Shown here piece after piece: positions 13,559-24,760 of a stretch of DNA of 64,000 bases. How positions within the stretch are numbered: the first letter of the stretch is position 1; every line of letters starts with the position of its first letter. Made by a program: the position numbers and the translations under genes. The notes beneath the pieces were generated by a model. That model was not told the DNA's origin and searched no databases. It saw only the letters and a program-made list of their open reading frames with translations. The DNA is from Cetorhinus maximus (taxonomy: Eukaryota): contig NC_135903.1 in NCBI RefSeq assembly GCF_964194155.1, positions 5,022,001 through 5,086,000 of the forward strand, read 5' to 3'.

Positions 13559-13711
13559 CAGTTCCTCGATGTTCAGTCTCAGATTGTTGAGATCCAAGGA
13601 CAGGTCTTGCACTTTCTGCAGTTTTTTCCCCAAACGGTTCCTCTCAATATGTGATGTTAGGTAACCGTGGTACTGTTGTAGCACAGTTGTCATGTTAAGC
13701 AGGCAAGTTTC
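13559..13711 (-). CDS. CSF3: G-CSF-like cytokine, exon 4 (helices B-C), 153 nt
   Basis: ttgctccag / GTGAGT, phase 0/0. Encodes ETCLLNMTTVLQQYHGYLTSHIERNRLGKKLQKVQDLSLDLNNLRLNIEEL: IL-6-like ETCL start and G-CSF-like LxLD(V/L)xx(F/L)xxxI end. Confidence 0.88.
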
Positions 13712-14089
13712 CTGGAGCAAAAGTTAACATACAGTCATTGATATTGCATGGAATTATTTTTCAACTCTTATATACTCATTAGATTACAGGATCCCTGACC
13801 TATGCATCTCGACCAACTTTACATCTTCTTGTTGGCAGTTTACAGATTACTAATTGAATTCATTATTTAAATTCCACCAGCTGCTGTGTTGGGATTTGAC
13901 ACTTTGTCCCCAGGATATTAGCCGGAGCCTCCAGATTACTAGCCCAGTGACATTACCACTACACCACCATCTGCCCTACATTATATCTAAATGTAAATAA
14001 ATAAATCTGCAATAAAATCTAGTATCATAATGATAACCATGAAACTACCGGATTACTGCTAAAATCTCATCTGGTTCACCGATGTCTTT

Positions 14090-14640
14090 AGAATATAAGG
14101 AGGTAGAAGTCATGCTGCAGCTATACAAAGCCCTGGTTAGACCACACCTGGCATATGTGAGCAATTCTGGCACCACTGGCCTTGGAGGAAGCACACTGTG
14201 GGTTTGCCAGAATGATACCTGGATGAGGTGAGATTGCACAAACCAGGTTCATAGTCCCTAAAATGTAAGAGGTGAGGGGTGATTTGTTTGAAGTTTTGAG
14301 ATATTAAAAGGGGACAGATAAGGTAGATAGGGAGACACTATTTGTGCTGGCTGGGGAATATAGGACCGAGGGGCCATAGTCTAAACTTAGAGCCAGACCT
14401 TTCAGAAGTGAAACTTCCACACACAAAGGGCGGTAGAAGTTTGAATCTCTCTTTCCAAAATGGTAATTGATGCTAGATCAATTGTTAAATATAAAACTGA
14501 GATTCACAGATTTTTTTTAACCAAAAGATATTTACCAATATGGAGCAAAGGCAGGTACATAGAATTAGGACACAGATCAGCCATGGTCTCATTGAATGGT
14601 GGAATAGGCTTGATGGGGCTTAAAAACCTACCTCTGTTCC
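14090..14640 (+). mobile_element. CR1 LINE 3' fragment in cytokine intron 3
   Basis: Relic of EYK..EVMLQLYKALVRPHL plus a CR1-type tail. Confidence 0.7.
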
Positions 14641-14984
14641 TACATTCAGGGGAGCAAGTCTGCTGTCCTTACTTGATTTGCCCTACATGTGACTCCAGAC
14701 CCACAGCAACGTAATTAACTCTGAAACCATTCAGCTGTATTCAAAAGAGCTAGGTCTTTTGCTGATCCTTAACTATAATAAGCTTTGCATCTGTTTTACT
14801 TGATACAATACACACATCTACTTTATTTGCAAAAACTGATGCATTTCCTCTAACATTGTTCATTGTGCTTTGGAAAGCAGTAGAATACAAATCTGATAAA
14901 ATATGCCCAACCAATTTATTGGTGTGTAATATTGATACCTTAATTCCTCCAAACCTACAAATATATCAACCCAATACTACTCAC

Positions 14985-15092
14985 CAACTGGAAGTCAGTC
15001 AGGGTACACCTGGTCATTTGAACTGACATTAGGTGTTGGGATTCTGCCAGCAAGCCCAGCTGATCTTCATACAGGTATGGATACTCCAATCT
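14985..15092 (-). CDS. CSF3: G-CSF-like cytokine, exon 3, 108 nt
   Basis: ttttctatcctgtcacag / GTGAGT, phase 0/0. Encodes RLEYPYLYEDQLGLLAESQHLMSVQMTRCTLTDFQL (36 aa), the same length as human G-CSF CATYKLCHPEELVLLGHSLGIPWAPLSSCPSQALQL and aligning without gaps. Confidence 0.88.
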
Positions 15093-17493
15093 CTGTGACA
15101 GGATAGAAAAGGCAAGTCAGCGACACAATCTACTACTATTCTCCTGTAGGGGCAAACCCATTTTCTTCGCTGGTTTTACATCCAGCAAATCACTGCTCTT
15201 GAATCTTGAAGTCCCTTTTGATGTAGACAGGTTGTTAATCCGACTCTCAGGAGAACCAACCGGGTGCAATTGGGGGAGGGGGAAGGTGGGTTGCCACTCT
15301 GCTCTCCTCAAATAGGAGTACACTGCAGCTCAGTATTCCGAGACCAGAGCTCATCTCCATTCACTGGAGCTGGCTGAAGTATGAATCACTCCCTATAAAA
15401 CTTTAACCCAATTCACCTAAACTTTTTGCACTGCAGTCATTCCATCTTTTCACACCTTAAGCTCATTCACTGTGACTTCTGTGAATGCCTGGTTTGTGAT
15501 TTGGATCCGTAGAATAATGGAATGGAGAGTATAGTTACTGCTGCTTCAGGGTTTATAATATTAAGCTGCCATCTCATTTGGAAGAAACATCACTGGCCTT
15601 TGATGGTTCTGTGGACAAATGCAACATGTGGGTGCAACTCAGCTTGGGAGACCACGATGGCTGCCGTTGGTTCTGCTGGTTTATAATGCAGTAGCGGAGC
15701 AGGACTGGGGTGCCACAATTGCCCTCCGTTTCCTGGGCTGTGGTGGGGGAGGGAAATCACCCTGAGTTATTTGCTTCTAACTGCTAACCAGCAGCCTGCT
15801 GCTGTGAGTGAACACTGACTGATGCCAGCTGGACTGTGATACTTCAAGAAGTTCTCACTCTCCAGTGACCACAAGGATGAGAGATGTACTGGTGGATGGC
15901 CAACACTCATGGACTACACCCCTACATGAGGGATTGCCTTAAGAAGATTCCTGACAATCTTGCTGCCACTATAATTACCATATTTAATACAGAGAAGCAG
16001 ATAGGCAGCCAACTGTGGTGTTTGTACAAAACATGCAATAAAGATGCCTGGCAGGTGATTTACAATGTAAATGGGACGTCTACACTGAAACTGGAGTACA
16101 CTATCTCCCAGTAACTTTAGTTTAGGAAGCGTTTTAAAAACAGTGGAGTTAGCAAATGGCATTAAGTCTGTTCTCTTGGAAAACTGCCTCTGTTTCGTAC
16201 TTTGACTCTCAGCCCCTCCAATTCCACAATATCTTATAGAAAGCTCATTGTGTGGAAACTTCAAACAATTTCCAAGCATGCACAGTTAAGTGAGAGGTGC
16301 CCTGTTTTGAGTGGGTCTCATGGAAACCGAAGGAAAGTGACTAAAAGCTTCCTTTATTTCCACAGTGGAAAGGCCACAAGCAGAAACTCCAAATCAAGTC
16401 CTTTTTTGACAATGTTTTCTCATTTTTGGGGGACAGTGCCTCTCATGCTCATTTGTTTGGGGCAATTTGACCATGAGGAGAATCACTGATGCTGCCCCTC
16501 AAGTGACAATTCCATTTCTTATTAGCTGTAGCTAGGTAACAAAACACGAGAAGGGGCCCTAAGTCATCATCTTCTGTTCTTAGCCAAACAGTGCTGAAGA
16601 CATCTGGAGCACCTTTACAATAGATCCCACTTTAGATCAACTAACTCAAGATTAACTTGATCCCTTACAACCGACAACAAAGGACTATAAGAGGTGGGAG
16701 CAGAGGTAGGCCATTCGGCCCATCGAGTCTGCTCTGTCATTCAATGAGATCATGGCTGATCTGATAACCCTCAGCTCCACTTTCCTGCCTGTTCCTCATT
16801 ACCCTTGATTCCCTGACTGATTAAAAATCTGTCTCAGCCTTTGAGGATACTTAAGGACCCAACCTCCCCAGCCCTTGGAGGTATAGAATTCCACAGATTG
16901 ACTACCCTTTGAGTGAAGAAATTCCTCCTCCTCTCTGTCTTAAACCACATCACCTTAACTTTGGCGACCTAACCATGGTGAAGTAACCCCGTTTCAAAAC
17001 AGAGGCACCCAACTAACTAACAGTTCACCTGCCTTTCCTCCACCGGTTTTTGGCCAGTTTAATAGTTAAACGTAACTGGACAGAACAACTTTTGCCGGAG
17101 AAGTAAATCTGCGCCTTGAGGTGGCTTCAGGAAAGAATCTGACCCCCTTTTTTCTGTTGCAGTTTAAGGCTGAATGCTATCATGTGGGATGAATATCCTC
17201 AGACCATGTTTAACTGTTAGGGGGTGCTTTTGAGGGGGGGTTAGCTGGGGTAAGTGGGTGCGCCCTGGGGGGGCGGCTGCTGCTCAGGACTTGCGCCCCA
17301 TTCCCTGGGTTGAAATTGACAAATCCTGTGCGCGGATGAAACAAGAAACACGGGGGAATCTCGGAAGTTGCTCTTTGCTCGTCCCCGTTCCAAAATCTAT
17401 TTTTTTTAATCTTTGCCACGTTCGTCGTTCATTCTATTCACGGGTCATTATTGATACCGCCGCAACGACCCGGTGGAGTCTGGCTTTACTCAC

Positions 17494-17669
17494 GTGCATT
17501 TCTAGCAGAGTTTGAATGGTATTCCAGATTTGAAAGACAAAATCCTTGTTTCTTTCCAGTCCGTCCCGGAACTCCGGCGGCGTCTGGTCACCTGAAATCT
17601 CCAAGGGCGAAGTTGGAGCAGCCCAGGAGAGGCTGCTTGCTTTCAGCACCGAGCAGAGCATCCAGAGAG
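17494..17669 (-). CDS. CSF3: G-CSF-like cytokine, exon 2 (signal peptide and helix A), 176 nt
   Basis: tcttccccatgcag / GTGAGT, phase 1/0. Encodes (A)LWMLCSVLKASSLSWAAPTSPLEISGDQTPPEFRDGLERNKDFVFQIWNTIQTLLEMH, with a signal-peptide-like N-terminus ending SWA-AP. Confidence 0.85.
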
Positions 17670-17750
17670 CTGCATGGGGAAGATTGAGGCTGTGGTTAAC
17701 AGACTAATGGGACTAAACAACGGGTCGAAAGCCCGGCGCTTGATTTCTAG

Positions 17751-17786
<36 letters not shown>

Positions 17787-18171
17787 CTCTGCAGATTTTT
17801 CTCTCTTTCTGCTTCCCTCCCTCACTGATCACCTCTCCTCTCTATTCCATGCCTCCTTTCCTCCGAATCGTTTGCCACCAGATGTCAGTCCTGGTGAAGA
17901 GTCATAGGGACTGTGTTCCTCTGCGCAGATGCTGTCAGACCTGCTGAGTTTCTCCAGCTATTTTTGGTTTGGATTTCCAGCATCCGCAGTTTTTTGCTTT
18001 TATCCTCTATTACTGTCCCCTGCACCCACCCCCCTTCGGGTCTCCACAAGCCAGGCCAATGAGGAAACAGGCGCTATAACTACTTTAAAAAAAAAGTTTT
18101 CTTTTTTTGGGAATAAATAAAGCCGATTGTTAAGAACCCGGTCCTTACAAGTCGCTAAAACACACACTTAC

Positions 18172-18187
18172 CGGTGACAGAATTCAT
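18172..18187 (-). CDS. CSF3: G-CSF-like cytokine, exon 1 coding part (MNSVT + 1 nt)
   Basis: ATG AAT TCT GTC ACC G / GTAAGT. Phase 1 matches exon 2. Total CDS 16+176+108+153+168 = 621 nt, i.e. 206 aa with no internal stop. Confidence 0.82.
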
Positions 18188-18289
18188 ATTGAGGAGATCT
18201 TCACTTGTCAGTGGCTGGTCTTCTCGAACTGTTTTCGGTGGGTAGATTAAGGTGGAAGTGTGGGAGGCTATTTCCAAGCTGATACACAT

Positions 18290-18445
18290 GCTGCATTTAT
18301 ATATTGCTGAGATTCATAACAATTATCTAGTCAGCTATTTCTCAATATCCAATATAAGGAAATGATACAAATAGAAAATTTAACTGGGAACTCCAGAAAA
18401 TAGGGAACAAAGATAATTAGATTCAATATATGAAAATTCCAAAGG
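18290..18445 (-). promoter_or_regulatory. Inducible-type cytokine promoter: TATA, C/EBP, ETS and NF-kB-like sites
   Basis: TATATAAA (18296-18303, minus strand) about 110 bp upstream of the ATG; ATTGAGAAAT C/EBP-like (~18337-18346); AGGAAA (~18357); GGGAACTCC (~18386-18394); GAAAATTCC (~18432-18440). Confidence 0.65.
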
Positions 18446-18619
18446 AGAGGGGACAATTCAAGGATTATCAGGGAGGAAAAAGCTAATTTCAAATAGATAA
18501 AAATGGAATTAGATAAAATTGGCAGGTTGAGTATTTGGAAAATAGAATGGTGTGCCAACATTAGGAAACTTTCAAGGCAATTGACGACAGGCACATTGGG
18601 TGGCTGGTTCGATCTCACC

Positions 18620-19050
18620 CCTTCTGTGTCGCAGTCTGAGACGTTCTAGGTTCAAGTTCCACTCCAGAGACTTCAGCTCTGAGAAGAATCATGGCTGAAG
18701 CCTCAGTGTAGCACTGAGGGAGATCTGCCACTGTCAGAGATGTCCTCATATGGATGAGACGTTAAACTGAGGCCCTGTCTGCCCTCTCAGGTGTACGTAA
18801 AAGATCCCGTGACACTATTTCGAGTTGTTCCCAGTGTCCTGCCCAACATTTATCCCTCAAACAACATCATAAAAATATGTATCTGCTGATTATCACATTG
18901 CTATTTGTGGGAGCTTGCTGTGTTCAAATTGGCTCCTGTGTTTCCTACATGACAACTGTGAATACACTTCAAAAAGTAAATCATGAGCTGGAAAGCACTT
19001 TGAGACATCTTGCAGTCATGAAAATCAACATATAAATGCAAGTCTTTCTT
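18620..19050 (+). mobile_element. tRNA-derived SINE (HE1-like)
   Basis: B-box-like ggttcaagttccactcc head and a shared body (ggatgagacgttaaac..gtaaaagatccc..tacacttcaaaa) that recurs at ~9000, ~12610, ~48720 and elsewhere. Confidence 0.65.
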
Positions 19051-20739
19051 CACTTTTCAGCCCTTAGGGTAACTAGACACACCAACACGTGGAGTAAAGT
19101 GGCTGGAATTCCTTGGATAATCAGAGAACTGGAAATTAAAACAAGACTTTAAAAAGATGAACATAGAAACTAGGAGCAGGAGTAGGCCATTCGGCCCTTC
19201 GAGCCTGCTCCGCCATTCATTATGATCATGGCTGATCATCCAACTCAATAGCCTGCTCCCGCTTTCTCCCCATACCCTGATGAACATGATGAAGAAAGGG
19301 ATAATAACACAAAATAAATCAAAAATAATATGGGAAATTGAATGAGAAAGTAAAGCAAATGAGAAAAGTTGAGGAGGTAGAAGGAGGTTTGTTTTTAAAG
19401 GGATACTGTAAATGTTTTTATGAACACAAGTAAAATAATAGTTTAAAGGCAGAGGTGAAGAAAGGAAATCTTGTGGTCAAGGGTTGATGGAGATACTAAA
19501 AAATGAGTTCTTTATGTCCGGTTTAGAAAAGTGTATCCAGATCCATCACCAAGAGAAGAAATAGGAGATCTTGTTCATGCAGTTAGTTGTTAAGGCGTGA
19601 AATGTCATCGCACAAACAGCAGTCGAAGTAGAACGCTGAAACATCAGTGAATTTAGAGGCTTTAAAGAAAAGGAAGTGTATAAATGTGAGAAAAAAATTG
19701 CAAAGGGAATTAAATTGTTAGATAGGCCTTTCAGAAGGTCAGCACAGGGGTGATGGGATGAATGAGCTAGGCTGTATGTATCTAGAGATGATCATGTGAT
19801 GCAGAGATGGTGGTGGTGGTGCGGTACAGTGATGTGTGATGAGCAAGCATATAGAAACTGAACCTCTCCACGTGGATGATATCACTGATGGGCAGCATTT
19901 AGTTGAAGAGGAGAAGGGGTTAAAGAATAGATCCTCAGGGGACTCTGAAAGAATTAGTATTCTTGTGAATCTGTCCTGATGAGTGCAAGATTAAAAGCTT
20001 TGACAGCATGTCTCTTTTTTCAGTTTTATTGTGAGGGTGTAGAGAGAAACCATTTTGGAGATGAACAATTTGTAAGGCAATGTGATTTATTCTTAACTGC
20101 CCTCTAAAATGGTCTAGCAAGCCACTCAGTTCAAGGGCAATTATGGATGGGCAACAAATGCTGGCCTTGCTCAGCAATGCTCATGTCCCATGAAAGAATA
20201 AAGAAAAAAACTTCTGAGGCTGAACAACAAACTGGGCAACAAAAAAATGTATCTGCTGATTATCACATTGCTATTTTGGGAGCTTGCTGTGTTAAAATTG
20301 GCTGCTGTGTTTCCTACATGACAACTGTGACTACACTTCAGAAAAGTACTTAATTACATGGAAAGCAATTTGAGATATCTTGCAGTTGTGAAAAGTGACA
20401 TATCTTTCTTCACTTTTCAGCCCTTAGGGTTGCCCACATGTGGAGTAAAGTGGGCGCAGGAGAAGCTGGAGTTCCTTGGATAAGCAGAGAACTGGAAATT
20501 AAAACAAAACTTAGAAGAAGGCCATTCTGCCCATCAAGTCTGTGATGGTTTTCTGCAAGTACGATTTAGCTAGTCTCACTCCTCTGCCCTTTCTCTGTAG
20601 CCCTGCACATTTTTCCTCCCAGATGCTTATCCAATTCCCTTTTGAAATCCACAATTGAATCTTTCTCCACCACAGTCTCAGACAGAGCTTTCCTGATCAT
20701 AGCCACTCACAGTGTAAAAAGGTTTATCCTCAGGGTGTG

Positions 20740-22260
20740 TTTGATCACATCAAATGCTATGGAGAGGTTTAAATGGATCGGTAAGATTATGTATTACAGT
20801 CAGCAAGGAAGCTATTAGCTAAAACTATCCTGATATTGTGGGAAGAACAGAATCCAAATTGAAAGGATTCAGTCATGTCACTTTGGTATAACTGGGTGTG
20901 GAACTCTGAGGGGGAACATGTAAGGATGTTGAGAAGGAAGCAGATATTAGAGAGCTGGAGTGGTAGTTGGACGACTTGGGTGGGTTGAAGGTGGATGTTT
21001 GAAGATAATTTTAAAAGGGAGAAGGAAGCTGCCTGAAGAAAGGAAACCAATGACAATCACCGCTAGTATGGGGCTTGGGAGAAAACGTTGAATAGTGAGG
21101 AGCTGGACAGGATGAGGATGAAGGGAACTGGAAATAGGTCTCAGAGAAGGCTAAGTTAAAGAGAGCATACAGGAAGTGGGTGTGAAACTGCAGAATATCG
21201 GGTCGGAGCTCGATTGATTGGGAGACAAAAAGAGAAGAAGGAACAGAGACAGTCTTAATCTTACAGTTTAAAACATCCATGTGGTCTTTGCATTTGGTGT
21301 TGGCTGTATAGGAACAAGAGGCGGGGAACAGAGATTTGAGAAGAAGATTGGCTACAGGGGGTCAGAGCTGGAATGGGATTCCTCCAGGCTGATCTGGGGG
21401 TTTTGAGTGCAGAGATAGAGACACAGTAATGCTTAGCAAATCTGGTAATTAATTACAAGATCAGATGCACCCATGTGTACAAAAGAATCTAACTCTTAGA
21501 CTTAAGAGCACAAAGATCAAGGCAATACCAGGGAAAGACAAAGATGAGAGATGGTGTGTGATTTAGTTGGTATCAAAGGCGGAAGCAAGGAAGCAATTAG
21601 GTAAATTCAATGTCTTGACAGATAAAGGCCCAAGAGAAGGGAGTTGAGAGGGTTCAAGAGTAAATTAGCGAGGGGGCAGGAGAGAGTTTTTTCTATGAGC
21701 TGATGATGAGTTGTGGGTGTTTAGAGGGCTATGGGGAGAAGAGACACAGAAATGATTAGTGATATCCTTGTTGGTGATCAAGGCCTTCGGAGTAGAGAAG
21801 AACTGAGAGATGACAAGATTGAGAGGATGGCCATTATTGTGGGTATGGATAGAGAGTTAATGTGAAGGGTGAGATTGAGAGAGGGAAGAAGAAGAATTGA
21901 AGAAGAGGGATCTAGGGGAGCTTAAGCTCAACCTAGAAGCCACCAAGGGTGAGGAGGTACTTATTAAAGAGCGTAAAGATGAAGAGAAAACAGAAGGTAA
22001 ATCAGCATGGAGCTTTGTAAGGCATTACCAAGAGGGATTTTAGAGGAGAAACAGGAAGGATGTTAGAGGGTAAAGTGCCAGAGACAGGAGGAAAGAGACC
22101 AAGTTTGGATTTGGGGCCAGGGATGAGAGTTACACCATCACTGCAGCAGTTTGGACGGTGCAAGCAATGGAATCTGTAACATCAGTGAGCAGGAAGGAAT
22201 CAAAATATTGGGAGCAGTCACCATGGGGAGGGGTAGAAAAAGGAAACCAAGGGGAAAAAT
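20740..22260 (-). mobile_element. Old L2-type LINE fragment
   Basis: Purine-rich plus strand with LINE-2-like relic motifs; no intact ORF. Confidence 0.4.
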
Positions 22261-24359
22261 AAAATGTGTTTAAAAAAAAATGTATGATGTTTGGAGCTAC
22301 ATAGCAGGAAATATTGACTTTCAATTAAACATTCCTTCCCAGTTTATTTGGCAAATTGAATTTGGGAAGCTCTTCTGAAACCCTTATTCTCAAATGGTTC
22401 CAATGCCCCTTATTTCTGATTTTCTTTTCACTGACCATGATGTTTTCAAAGACTCATTTTCTTGCTATCATTGCAGAAGTTAACAAATTGTAACACCTAT
22501 TTACAATTTACCCAGACAATACATGTTTCCTCAGCAATTATATTTTAAAATGCTAAACTGGTAAATTAGTTTTTTTTTATTTGCTGGCTAGGCCAGCATT
22601 TATTGCCCATCTCTTGTTGCCCTTGTTCAGAGGGCATTTAAGAGTCAACCACATTGCTGTGGGTCTGGAGTTACATGTAAACCAGACCAGGTAAGGATGG
22701 CAGATTTCCTTCCCTAAAGGACATTAGTGAACCAGATGGGTTTTTTATGACAATCAGTAATGGTTTTGTGGTCATCATCAGACTTTTAATTCCAGATTTT
22801 TTATTGAGTTTAAATTTTACCATCTGCCGTGGTGGGATTCAAACCCGGGTCCCCAGAGCATTACCCTGGGTCTCTGGAATACTAGTCCAGTGACAATACC
22901 GCTATGCCACCATATCTCCCTAACAGTATAGGCAACTATATATAAATTTGAGAGGTTTTTTGTGTACTTAATTGGGACATTTAATCCATTAGATGGAAGA
23001 AAAGCCGACAGTGCTCTATTTCAGAAATGGTAACTGCAATTGATTTTCTAAACATGTTATTACACATTAGTACATGTCAGTGTATGAAATACTGGAAACA
23101 TTTGTTCTGATGATGAAATTCACAATGGGATGGGATGAGATCCAAAAAGACATCACCAAGAACACAATTGTTTTTTTTTAAATATTGTGAATTGATGGTA
23201 TTTATTAACTTAGCTTATTACCTTAGTTTTTCCTTCCTCCTGCCAATAAGGGGTTGACTCTCACCAGATGCAGTTTCTATGAGTTTTGAGCTCTCAGCTA
23301 ACTCAACACAAACTACTGAGTGACCCCAGATTTGCTAAGCCTTTTTGGTCCATGTGTCTTAAATCCATGCTGGATACAATTGTTTAATGTTTATAGAGTG
23401 TTATGGAAGGTAACCTGTCCTCTGTGAGTCATGGTTTTGTACATTCAGAAATAAAGATGGTTGGCCTCGAAAGCTATTTTTGATGTTTTCATTGCCAGCT
23501 TGTTAAATTAAAGGGAAGTTAGAGGTGCCATAAGTGGAAGGATGTGGCTTAGATGTGATTCCCCAAATGCAGAGCCGTAAACACCATGGAAATATTTAGA
23601 GTAACTTTCGTGATCGGTAAGAATGACACGTATGGTAACCCAGATAATGATAGGTGGTCTAAGTGGGAACAGCTCAGAGGATCCCATGTTCCATTTCTGG
23701 CCTCTGCTGAGATAACTGATCTTAACTGTGTGCCCTTGAGCTAGGGAGGGCAAATATTGTGTCTGAATTGGTGTAGTGTGTGTGTGCGCACATGCGCGCA
23801 TAGGTGTGTGTGTGCGTAGTCTCAGCTTTGATTCATTTCCTGGTCAGATAGGTTATTTATGCTTGAGACTTACAGATGAAAACCGGTCACTTGGACATGG
23901 TACTGGAGGTGCGCTGAGGTGGGACCATTGCCCAGCTTCATTTGTTTGTCTCTGGGAGAGATGGTGTTTAATAGGTGGATATCCATTTACCGAATCAGGC
24001 AGCAAAAGGTATTCTGGGAATCACAGCTGTGTTATTGTTAAACTATAGTTCAGTACAAATATTAGTTTCCACTCTTCCCTTCTGTTTCCCCTCCCTATCC
24101 AGAAGCAAACCCCAACGACTGGGGGAAAACCCAGCTCTTAGGTACAGACTTCAATGAGCATCACCTACTCTCAATTCACTCTTAAGCTTGTACTGGTTTA
24201 CTCTTAAAGGGACCTGCATTTCTAACATTGTCAGAGGGAAAAAATGGATATTAATATTTGAAGCTGTGTTTATCTGTAACACTGACTTGCATCAAAATAG
24301 AACACATTTCTAACCAGCAAGCAAAACGAAATTTCATAGAACAGGATTGACCATTCAGC

Positions 24360-24760
24360 TTAAATAAAAACAGAAATACTCAGCAGGTCAGGCAGCATCT
24401 GTAAGAGAGAGAAAGTTAACATTTCAGGCTGATCACCTTTCACCAGAATTGGGACAAGTTAGTGATGTCACAGGTTTTACGCAAGTACAGAGGCAGGGAA
24501 AGGGAAGAGGAGAGGAAGAACAAAAGAGAAGGTCTGGAATGAGGTGGAAAACAGGAGAGATTAAATGATGAAAGGAATAATGGTGCAAGGCAAAAGAAGG
24601 GATGGTAATGGGACAGGAAAGAGACAAAAGATGAGTCTAGAGGAGGTGTAAATGGGAAAAGTAGAATTATCACCAATAGCTATTGTCAATTAAAAATGGA
24701 GAAAGAGTTTGTGATCTGAAATTGTCAAACACAATGAGTCCAGAAGGCTGTAAAGTGCCA
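24360..24760 (-). mobile_element. Old Penelope 3' fragment with degenerate hammerhead motif
   Basis: The minus strand carries the Penelope C-terminal relic (GTLQPSGL), a pyrimidine-rich UTR and CTGGTGA-aagg..cct-GAAATGTTAACT. Confidence 0.65.

Noticed and set aside
15411-15500. WNDCSAKSL segment considered as cytokine exon 3
   Set aside because: In-frame stop and wrong phase; 14985-15092 fits the expected size, phase and motifs.
17600-17675. Minus-strand MQLSGCSARC-TGA read as a possible selenoprotein
   Set aside because: It is an off-frame reading of the cytokine exon 2 acceptor; no SECIS evidence.
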